Positions 1-12,193 of a stretch of 64,000 nucleotides of DNA are shown in pieces (positions within the stretch are counted from its first letter, which is position 1; every line of letters starts with the position of its first letter). The stretch lies in the NCBI RefSeq assembly GCF_009914755.1, contig NC_060933.1; one strand, 5' to 3'. The translations under genes were made by a program, and so were the position numbers. The notes below the pieces were generated by a model. The model searched no databases, had not been told where the DNA came from, and was given only the letters and a program-made list of their open reading frames with translations. The stretch comes from the human T2T-CHM13v2.0 reference genome, Homo sapiens.

Positions 1-944
1 CCTTGCTGTGGGGCCATCTCATGCCCTCGGAGGGTGTTGGGGGGCATCTCGGGCTCTCCCCTGAGGCTTTTTGTCCTGCTTCCCCGGGATGCAAACTTGC
101 AGGCTTTGACCCAGGTGCCATCGGCCCTGGAAAGGGTGGCACTTCTGTGTCTCCCACAAACAATCCCAGGTTTCTCTGCAACAGGAAAGTTTGTCCAAGT
201 GTGTCCCAGCCCTGCATGGGTGAGGGATGCTGAACGGGTATCGTGTACCCAAAAACAAGTGCTGTGTGTGCATGTGAACCTGGGCGCTCCGTGAGCCAGG
301 CAGGCGCACCGTGGGCACGTGTGTGAGAGCTGGAGGAGGATGTGTGGGGCCCGCCAGCCAGCTTGTGTGACCTTGAAGTCACCGGTCATGAGTCTGGGGA
401 AAGGCAGGCTGGGCTCAGCGTGCCCGTGCTAGGTGGCTGGGTGCCAAGACCCGGTTAAATGGGCATCTTTCAAAGGTGTCTTGGGACCTCTCCCAGCTGT
501 GTGTGTGGATAAGGCCACCCATGTTCACCCAGACCCACTTTCACCTGTGGAACTTGGAAGTGAGCCAGCGGGGCTGGAACTGAGGCCAGGATGCGATTGG
601 CCCAGGGAGGTGAGACCAGTACTAGCAGCTGGCAAGTGTAACAGGTTTGCAGGGGACAGTGGCAGGGCAGAGGCCGCGAGCTTCCTGGGGTAGGTCCCTG
701 GGAAGGCCCTCCTTGAGAGGGGGCCTCCAGCTGCTCCCTAGATCGGGGGCGGGAGGTGGGGGAGGTGGGAGAGGAGGGTGGCCTCACTGGAGCAGAGGTG
801 GGGGCATCAGGAGATGGAGGGCATTGCAGGACCAGGGTCTGGACTGGCACAAGGCGGGCGCCCCGGGAGGAGCAGAGGGCCTGGAGGAGCTTCTGGGAAC
901 TGTGTCTGTGAGGTTGGTCCATCCCAGCACTGAGATGCAGTAGC

Positions 945-1085
945 TGTGTCAGCTCTGGCGAGTCACTTCACCTCTCTGGGCCTCAGTTTCCTCATCTGTA
1001 GAATGGGAATGCTAGCATGGACCTTACGAGGTTGTGTTGAGCCCATGCTGACAGCACATACTCGGTGTTTACAAAGCTGTGTTGG
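945..1085 (+). mobile_element. MIR fragment
   Basis: Core gtcacttcacctctctgggcctcagtttcctcatctgtagaatggga. Confidence 0.85.
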
Positions 1086-1851
1086 CGTCGGGAGCTTGCA
1101 CACCAGCCAGTTCGTCTTTGCCTTGTCACGCACCAGCCTGTGTTGACACGTCAGAGCTAAGCATTTGTCCGGTGACTTCCCAAGATGGATTCTTAAAAGT
1201 GGAATTGCCCAGTCAAAAGATTCCCACAGTGTTAATGTTTGCCGCATGGCCCACGGCCCCCAGGGGTGAGAATGGCTCCTCCTCACAACAGTGCCGGGGT
1301 GTGGTGTGTGCCAGCTGCCACCGTCTCCTCCTTGGCACCGTCGCCCTGGGGCACCTGTGTCCTGCCAGGCACCACTCAGGCCTCGGAGGCTGAGACACAG
1401 CTGGCCCCTTGGTGCCCAGGAAAGGCACACAGGCCTCCTCCTTTGTAGCCACTCTGGGGCACTCCACAAGAGGGGCAAAGAGGGCTTCCATCTGCCTGTG
1501 ACTCCCTCCAGGGGCCAGAAGTGGGTCCTCATGCTTCACAGGCACCAATAGTGCTTTTGCCTGGGGCAGACCCCAGCTGTGACAGACAGCCAGGGCTCAG
1601 ACCACCACACCCAGCAGCTTTCCAGTAGATTTTCCTGACCCCAGCCACATTGAGGGAGGGGGCTGGGGCAGGTATTGGGAGCGCCAGTGAGTTGGTCATT
1701 TTCTGAGCATGATGGCAGCTCAGGGTACGGGCCCCTAGATGGAGCAGGGGCCCTGTGCCTCAGCCTCCCTAAAGTGGCCCAGCCCTCCCAGAGTTCATTG
1801 GTGCTGAGGAAATGAAGCCTCACTTGTGCCTCAGTTCCCAGACAGGCCCAA

Positions 1852-1993
1852 GGCCAGGCACGGTGGGTCATGCCTGTGATCTCGGTGCTTTTGGAGGCTA
1901 AGGCGGGAGGATTGTTTGAGGCCAGGAGTTGGAGACCAACTTAAGCAACATAGCAAGACCCCTGTCTCTACAAAAAAAAAAAAAATTAAAAAT
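1852..1993 (+). mobile_element. Alu left monomer / FLAM
   Basis: ggccaggcacggtgggtcatgcctgt ... ctctacaaaaaaa. Confidence 0.85.
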
Positions 1994-3032
1994 TAAGATC
2001 AGATAAGGCCCGGTGCACCCCTGCAGGCCATGCCAGCCCTCAGGTGCTCAGCATGGCCAGCCCAGGGACCTGGCACAGTTCTCTGGGGGAATGAGCAGGG
2101 GCATGGTGGTGCCTCCCATAGCTGTGGGAGAGGGGCGGCTTCTCCTCCAGGTGCAGCCCCCACCACGGCCTCCCCACCCTCAGGCTGTCCACCCTAGGAG
2201 GGCTGTCCCCAAGGGTCCCCTGCCGGCTCCAGGCTGTGCTCCTTGCTATGATCACCATTGCCCCCAGCAGCCAGCTCAGCTCGAGGGTACTGACAGCTGA
2301 CGTGTGCAGTCACTAAGCATCTCCCAGCAGCCACAGCGTGGCCGGGGGCAGGGGCTGTGGGCCGATGCAGCTGGAGAACAGGGTGTGGCCTGTGAGAAGG
2401 ACCAGCCAAGGGTCCTGGGCACCCAGGGCCCAGGACCCTGAGATGGACTTGCCATCTGACCCTGAGTGACCAGCACACTGCTGCCTGCTGCAGGGGGTGG
2501 GGACAGCAGAAGGGCTCGCCTGGCGTCTGGCCCAAGCCCAGGCTTCTGCCTCCCCCGACAACCTTGGGCACGGGTCCAGGGGTGATGGCCCCCACAGCCT
2601 CGCCTGGGGCCCCTGTGTCCACTGTGCTGCTGGCCTTCCCCTCTTCCTGCCGGGCTGGGAGAAAGCTGCTCTGAAGTCTGTCTGGATAAATCTACAGCTT
2701 GATTTCGGCTCCTCCATGTGTTCTGAGCTTTCACTTTGGATCCTAAAGCATCTCAGGAGATGGTGCTGAGCAGCCACCCTCGCATGGGCAAGAAGCCCCT
2801 CCCCTAAAGAGAGACGTCACCGAGGACGCTTGCCTGCCCAGCTGCCTGGGCATCTCAAGCAGCTCTGACTTTTTAATCATTGTGCAAAGGAAGCGTTGAG
2901 TTTTCTGCCATGGTCAGCAGAGAGGTTCTGCAGCTTTGCACTTGCTGGACACTAAGCCCAGCACTCAGACACCCCCACCACAGTGATGCTATGCCTGCCT
3001 GGGGGACTCTCCTGGATGCAGGGTAGGGATGC

Positions 3033-3270
3033 CCACACACATACAGGCACATGCACACAGATCCATGTGCATGCACACATATGTCCACATGTGCACATGT
3101 ATACATATGCCCATGTACATGTATGCATACATGCACATTGTACATACATGCATGCAATCCCATCCACACATGCATGCACATATTCGTACACATGCCTCTG
3201 CATGCAAATACATGCTCATTTACACACACATCAGCATGCATGTGCGTATTTACGTGCTTACATGTGCTCA
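3033..3270. repeat. Alternating purine-pyrimidine (CA/TG/CATG) low-complexity tract
   Basis: cacacatatgtccacatgtgcacatgtatacatatgc... Confidence 0.85.
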
Positions 3271-3397
3271 TCTCCCTCCTCCCTAACTTCTCTGTCAAAC
3301 ATGGCTCGCCCAGCTCCTGGAAATTTTGAACTGAGTGTGAACAAGAATGTATTTTAGGAGAGAAACCTCATTCCCTTAGCCAAAGACAGTCACAATC

Positions 3398-3692
3398 TTT
3401 TTTTGTTGTTGTTGTTTCAGACAGAATCTAGCTCTGTCACCCAGGCTGGAGTGCAGTGGCGCAGTCATGGCTCACCGCAGCCTCAACCTCATGGGCTTAA
3501 ATGATCCTCCCACTTCAGCCTCCTGAGTAGCTGGAACTACAGGCACCATGCCTGGATAACTTTTGTTATTTTTTGTAGAGGAAGGTTTTTGCCATGTTGC
3601 CCAGGCTGGTCAGGAACTCCTGGGCTCAAGTGATCTGCCTACCTCGGGCTCCCAGAATGCTGGAATTACAGGCGTGAGGCACCATGCTGGAC
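3398..3692 (-). mobile_element. Alu (old, AluJ-like)
   Basis: T-rich tail, then gtcacccaggctggagtgcagtggc ... ggcgtgaggcacc. Confidence 0.9.
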
Positions 3693-4464
3693 CACAAGCA
3701 ATGTTAAGAGAAGTCTTTGCGGGAAAGGACATTTTATCCAGGACTTCCTATGCTGATCCTGAGAGGCAGGCTCCTTGCTTCTTTCTGAGCCCCACCCGGG
3801 GCAGAAATAAGGGCCTGGTGATGCTGGAGTTTAGGGAAGGACATCTTTAGCCCTTAGCTGTTCCGTTTGCCATAACACACATCGTGCATGATGTATTCAC
3901 TTTGCAAAGCACAATGGGTGAGACGCTGCCCTAGAACCCCACCCTGCCCCCAGCACTGTGGCTGCCAGTGTGTGGGGACAGTCTCTATATCACCTACAAG
4001 CTGGGTGCCCAGAGAAACCCACCTCTTCTTTAGGGTTCTGTGGAAAGCGGTCGTGTTTAGTTTTTAAATGGGGTTCATTATATGCCATTCTGTTTGTGTA
4101 GTGATGCATCCACACGGGCTCACGCAGGCTCACAGAGACCTGTGCCTTCACAGAGCAGTCTTGGCTGTAGCTGTCAGTCGCTCCTCAGTTCAGGGACGTG
4201 CAGGCTGTTTTCAGTGTTCACCTTCACACATGAGGCCGTGATGAAAATCCATGCCTGGGCCTCCTCGGCCACAGATCAAAAATGTCCCCAGGTAGAGGTT
4301 CCAAGTTGGAGAGGACCCACGATTCCATCATAATTAATCCACTGCTCCCAGTCGGCTGGACACTACATGAGAGCCCTGGCTTGCAGAACCCCCCGTTCTG
4401 TAACCACAGCCGATCACTGGCGCAGGAGACCGTCCAACTCTGCATCTCTCTAATTATTAGCTAG

Positions 4465-5960
<1,496 letters not shown>

Positions 5961-8900
5961 AGCCCCCTTCATGACTCCTTGCTTTTATCCTTTTTCTCGC
6001 AGCAGTGCACAGATGAGGCCTCCTTTATGATGGCAAGGGCAGCCTCACATTCCCAACTGGAACGGGAATGCCCAGAGCCTTTGGCGGGAGAAGCTTGTCT
6101 TTAAGCACTTTGTCAGACAGCCCTGGCTCCATGGCCACCGGGAACAGATGCAGGGGGAGTGAGAAGCAGGCACTCCTGGCTATCAGAAGAGCCCCCCAGC
6201 TGGCCAAAGGCAGCACAGCCCGAGGTGAACCTGGACCTGGCCCCCACCCCAGTGCCTCTGCCGGGACCTCAGTGACGCTCCTTGGGCTCTGGGAGCCACT
6301 TGTCCTTGCCAGGAACTAGGGATGGAGACTGGCTTCTGAGAACTGTTCTCAGGATTCCATGCCACCACCTGGCTTGCCAGGGTGCCTGGCGTGCAGCTGG
6401 CTCTCAGTCCATGGCAGCTGGCACTGAGCACAGCTGCCGGGCTCCCCTCTGATGGGGTTGTCAGGGTCAGTGCACGTGACTACGTGTGCACCAAACAGCT
6501 GACGGGGACTTCCTGTTGCCGTGCCCAGGTGTGGACTGCCTCGCTCATTCTTGGCCTCTCCAGATGGATTCCAAAAGTCAGTGTCCCAAGCCTGAGCTCT
6601 CTGATGGGCCTCAGCTGAGCGGAGGGGGCACGCTGGGCGCCAGCCACCCTGGGTCATAGCCTTTGTCCATAAGAGCTCAGCCAAACTGCTGGCCACCCTA
6701 CACCTGCTGTAGCTGAAGCACTCACCTGCAGGCCCTGTTCCGTGTGCCTCAGGCATGCTGTCTGGTTACATCTTCACACTCTTCCTATAAGGGAACAGGC
6801 ATCAGTATCTCCCTTCACGCATGAGCATACAGGCTCAGGGAGGTGAAGTGACTCGCTGGGGGCCGCCCAGCAGGACTGATGGGCCAGGACTGAACTCATG
6901 CCAGCGGGACTCTTGCCACTCTCTGGGCCTGCAGGGTGTGTGCTGACAGCCCAGAGAGTCCCCAAGAGGAGCAGCGGGGTGCTCTGAGCCCCTGGGCTGC
7001 CCCGGCCTTGTCTAGGGGGTGTGCTGTGTCCCGTCACCTCAGCCCTGGCTCCAAGGGGTGTGTGAGTCCCACAGGTTGAGCTCCACACCTTGTCCAGAGA
7101 GTAGTGTAAGGGCTGAGGAGAGGGACACCTTCCTTAAGCCACCAAACACAGAATTCTTATGGAAATTGGTAATTATTTGGCACAGCAGTCACTCAGAAAA
7201 TAAAAAGATCATGGATGTGGCCTTGGGGGTCCTAGATTTCCTCCAGGGCCCCTTGGGTCACACAGGGAGGACAGCGCAAGAGAAGAGGGGGTGCAGAATT
7301 CGAGGTGGGCCCCAGGGTCCCCGTGTCTGGCTATGCCAGGGTTATGTTCCAGTTCCACCTGAACCAGCTTCAACAGGGACCAGACCCCCCAACACTCCCC
7401 TCTCCCCCTGTGCCCAAAAAAGCTGGCCGATGTAGGCCTTCCTGCTTGCGAAAAGTCTCAACCAGACCCCGAGGACACGGGGAGCAGCTGTTTTGCTGCT
7501 GTCCTCCTGCGATGGGCCCCTTTCCCAGAGACCCTGTAGCCCCGGCCCTCAGTCCCAGCCCTCAGCCAACACAACAGCCAAGGATTTTAGCCCCGGCCCT
7601 CAGCCAACACAACAGCGAAGTATTTTCAAGGTTTCTGGCTCTGTGGGGGGAACAAGGCAGGATGCCAGGAGGCCTGCAGGACACCTGCTTATGGCCGTGT
7701 GCTCACTCAAGTGTCAAAGCAGCTTCCCAAGGGAAGAAGGGCATCTTGTCCTTGTCACCCTCCCCAGGCCACATCTGGGGAGCAGGGGTGGGGCCAGGTC
7801 TCTGGACTCCTGGTGCACTTCCTTCCCCTGGTGACTCCTGAAGCAAGCCAAGGTCCAAGCCCCTGAGCTTGTCCATGGGCCCTGCCAAGACTGGGCCTTG
7901 AGGCCAGGAGGAGGAACCAGAGCCGCTCAAAAGGCAGACGGGGTGGGGAGGGGAGGAGGCAGCCACGCCTGAGGAGCCGGCAGTCTCTTGGGGTTTTGCC
8001 ATTGAAAGGGGCTTTCAGTGAGGAAGGCACAAAATCAAGAAAATAGAGCCCCGACCCCTGGCCACGTGGTTCCCCTGCCTGCCTGCACCTCCCCATGGCC
8101 CAGCCAGCTTGTGACTAAGGAAAAACATGCAGCTACGCTGATGCAGTTAGGAAAATGTTATTTTTTAAATGCTGCCAGATCCTGGGGGTTGAACATGTGA
8201 CCTCAGAACAAGGAGCAGGGTTTGGGGCACGCACCTGCTGCCTGCAGCTTCAGCCTGGGGTGCCCATAGCTCCTTGCCTGCTGCTTGTCTGAGGGTTAGG
8301 GGACACAGGAGAGGCACTTGGTGGGGGCTCAAGGAATGTGCCCACCCCTCCCGACTTGAGGAGAGAGAGGAGAGTTTTGTAGCATCCCTGGACCTGGTGT
8401 TCCAAATGAGTGGCCTCTGTGCAGGGCCTACGGGCACAGCACGGGGAGCTGGGTATGGTCAGAGCCTCCTGCCCCTGCCCGTGGGGGAGCCAGCCCCCTC
8501 CATCCCCCCTCTGCTCTCCTGCTGGCCTCGAAGCCTTGAACAAGGGCCGGCCTGGGCCAGGTAAGGAGCTCCCTGCCCCTCAGCTCCTGCTTCTCCTGGA
8601 GCAGCCAAAACTCACTTCAGTGGGGGACATGGGGACAGGAAAGATGCAAGACCCCTGGAAGACACCTGCTTGGGCCCCCAAGAACTGCAGACCACCAGGG
8701 GTCCTCCCACTCTACCTGGTGTGCCACGATGCCCCTAACCTGCGCTGCCAGCTCTCTGTGTCCCTTTGATCCCTCACCTGGTGACAGTGGCAGGGCAGCT
8801 CAGGGCCCAGAGGGCCTGGCAGCCCCCCGGGGTTCTGACCTGAGCTGAGCTGCTCCGCCTGGGGAGGCTGCAAACAAGGGTGTCTTCTTAGGCCTCCTGG

Positions 8901-9402
8901 TCACTCCACCCTCACCCCTCAACAGCTTGAGGGTCTGAGACGGGGGTCTCTGGGGCTGGACCCTGAAGGAAGATTGAGCAGCCGGCCTCGGCAAAGACCC
9001 TGGGGACGGGGAGGGGAGCTGGGGAGTTGGGAGGGGTTGCAGGGGTGTGGCGGGGCTTCAGAGCAGGGGGAGGGCCTCCATCCTGGCTCTTGGGGGATCA
9101 GGGAGGAGTGGTGCGCGCCTGTCCCTGAGCTGGCCATGACAGCTCCCGTCCCCCTTACCTCCTGCCAGGCCCCGGGGCCGCTTTGGAGGGAGCCCCGCCC
9201 CCTGCCCCTGCGCAGCCCCCGCCCTAGCCCCAGCCCGGCGCAGCCGGTCCCGCGCGCCCCCGCCCGCATGTGCCGCCAGGCCCGCCCCCGCCCGGCCGCC
9301 CGCCCGCCCGGTGGGTCGCGGTGGCCGCGGGCTGCGCTGCGCGGGCCGGGCCTGGCGGGCCGGGGGCTGCGCGCGTCCGCGAGGGCGCCCGACGCGGGCT
9401 GA

Positions 9403-9570
<168 letters not shown>

Positions 9571-9627
9571 TAGGGACCGGGCGCGGGGTGGGGGCTGGGG
9601 TCGCCGTCCCGGCGCCGCCGCACGCCC

Positions 9628-9648
9628 GGAGCTGTCCGCGGTGCTGAC
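9628..9648 (-). promoter_or_regulatory. RE1/NRSE (REST binding site)
   Basis: Reverse complement GTCAGCACCGCGGACAGCTCC vs consensus TTCAGCACCACGGACAGCGCC: 18/21, both half-sites intact with the canonical 2-nt spacer. Confidence 0.85.
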
Positions 9649-11297
9649 GGCCGGTCCCGCGCGCCCCCGCAGCCGCCGGCGCCCTTCAACTTTTCCCGGC
9701 TTCTGGGGACGCAGAAGTTTCGGAGGGGGTGCGGGCAGGGGGAAGCATCTTCTCGGGAGGGGGTCTCCGGAGGAGGGCGCGGGATGCTCGGAGCTGCGGA
9801 GTCTTCCAGAGCCCGACTTGGGGCGCGGAGGCGGAGGGCGGCCTGGCCTTCCGGTGTCTGCTCCCAACCCCCAGCACCCCAGTTTTTCTGGTTTTGGGGG
9901 CAAGCCAGGGCCGGAAGCGCCCCGGTGGCGGAGCCCGCAGCCTGGCTGAGGGCTGGCGTCCTCCAGGCTCAGGCAGCGGTCCTTGATTAATTATTCAATG
10001 AGGGAGCTTGTCCTTCAGGTTCGTGACCTGGTCACTTATTCCGAGTCACCGTGTCCCCGTCCCCTCAACATCTCCTGGGCTAAAAAGGCAAAATGAATTG
10101 TGTCTTTCAGTTAAGGACCAACAGGATGAGCCCATGGGAATAATTCATCCGCTGAGGGGGCTGGCAGGAAGCTGGAAGAAATGTTGCTTTTCTCTCCTCC
10201 TTTTCCCCAAATAGCTGTCTTGGGTAAACACCCAGCACTTTAGCTCTGCCAGGCTCTGGGGAGGCGCTTTTTTGCCTGCAAGTGAAGGCAAGTGCTCTGA
10301 GGACTCACGCGGAGCTGGAGCCCGCGGGGGCTTCAGGTCAGGAACCGCTCCTCTTCCAGCGTGTAGGGTACGGCAGGGTCGGGGTTGTCACTGTCTCCAG
10401 GGCTCCGTCACCACCCAGCCCTGGGCTCAGCTAGCAAATCCGCACTTTCCCCCAACAACGCAGTTATTCCGGTTAGCACACAAAGTACACGAGGTTGAAA
10501 ATGGTCAGGACACAAACAGCTTTCAGAATAATCTACTGCTGAAACCGCAGCTGTAAAAGAAATCATGTTTGTAACTAGAGTCAGTCCTAGGGACTGTATC
10601 CATGAGGACCATGAAGATTTGTAAAAAGGGGGTCTTAAAACCCCTCTGCCTGCGGGGAATGGAATATTCTACCAGACCTCCCATAACATTTGGTTGTGTG
10701 AACCAAGAGTCAGGAGTGGGGACTGAGCCCAGTCTTCATCCACTCAGAATCAGGGAGTGAGCGTCCTGCAGAGAGGCCTTTTAAACTTGGTTTTTCATCT
10801 TGTTGAACTCAGTGCTCTAATAATGAGCCCACCTAAGTGCAAATGCCCAGGTGAAGAGTTTAGTTTATCTCCCTGTGTGGGCAGAGGGCAGTCAGCCAGG
10901 CTGGTCCCAGGGCGGCGTGCGTGGCTGGGAGGCTCTCCTGGGAGCCACACAAAGCTTCCCTAGGCCGAATCCGTGGACTCAACATCTTTCTAAGCCAGCA
11001 CCAGCCCCTCAGATGCCTGTTCAGCTGGGACTTGGTTAATTCTTGAAAACGGCAGCCCTGGGAGATCCTTCCGATATTGGGCAGGAAGTGGTGTCCATCC
11101 GCCTAATGGTGCCTGGGGCTCCCAGATGACTCGATAACGCCTGTGGCTGTGGTTGATCAAATTGTAATGCTGTATTCCTGAGTGTTCAGGAGTGGACAGC
11201 AGAGGCTTTTGCTGTCCGCCTAGAGAGAACCATGCCCATCCCTGGGAGAGGAGAAGCTGGCATGGGATTTCACAATGAGTCCCTGATCCTGGGTGTG

Positions 11298-11495
11298 GTT
11301 TTTTAAAATTGTGGTAAAATACATAAAACAGAATTTACCGTTAGTGACATTTAGTACACCACACTGTGCCACCCTCACCACTGTAATTCGAGAACATTTG
11401 TATACCCTAGAAGGAATCTCCTTAACCACTGGGACTCACTCCCCAATGCCCCCTTATCCCCCAGCCCCTGGCAGCTACCGATTTGCATTCTAGCG
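11298..11495 (-). mobile_element. L1M 3'-end fragment
   Basis: ttttaaaattgtggtaaaatacata ... cccagcccctggcagctac, typical of antisense L1MB/MC 3' ends. Confidence 0.7.
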
Positions 11496-11825
11496 GTCTT
11501 GGCGTGCTGTGCCCACTGGGCACATGGGTTGTGTGCCGATGGTATTAGGAGGTGGACCGCTGGACGTGTGTGGCTGTGTGTGCTAGCTAGTGCATGGCTG
11601 TGGGTCCTCTCCAGGAAAGGCCCATGGGGTACAGGGCATCTGTGCCACCCCCACAAGTGCCCTGCTCTCTCTGGTTGGAAATGAAGTATACAGTGAGGTT
11701 CTATTGGAGGGAGAGTGGCCAGGGATTAGAGCTTCGGGGCTGTGTGGTCGCCATACCTGTCCTGTGGCGCTGTCCCTCAAGATGGCCTCAGAGATGCTGT
11801 GCTGCATACCTTTTCTCATGTGTGA

Positions 11826-12193
11826 AGGATGGGAGTGGACCTGGCCCTGTGGTGTTGGTGTGCATAGGACGGGAGGGGACCTGGCCCCTGTGGTGTTGGT
11901 GTCTATAGGACAGGAGGGGACCTGGCCCCTGTGGTATTGGTGTCTATAGGACGGGAGGGAGGGGACCTGGCCCTGTGGTGTTGGTGTGTATAGGACAGGA
12001 GGGAGGGGACCTGGCCCTGTGGTGTTGGTGTGTATAGGATGGGAGGGAGGGGACCTGGCCCCAGTGGTGTTGGTGTCTATAGGATGAGAGGGAAGGGGAC
12101 CTGGCTCTTGTGGTGTTGGTGTCTATAGGATGAGAGGGAAGGGGACCTGGCTCCTGTGGTGTTGGTGTCTATAGGATGGGACAGGGAGGGGAC
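11826..12193. repeat. Minisatellite, 8 units of 40-47 bp
   Basis: Unit ~gacctggcccctgtggtgttggtgtctataggacgggagggg, with gacctgg at 11838, 11878, 11919, 11964, 12008, 12052, 12098, 12144. Confidence 0.95.

Noticed and set aside
7537-7616. Short duplication tagccccggccctcag...ccaacacaacagc
   Set aside because: Small local slippage with no functional clue.
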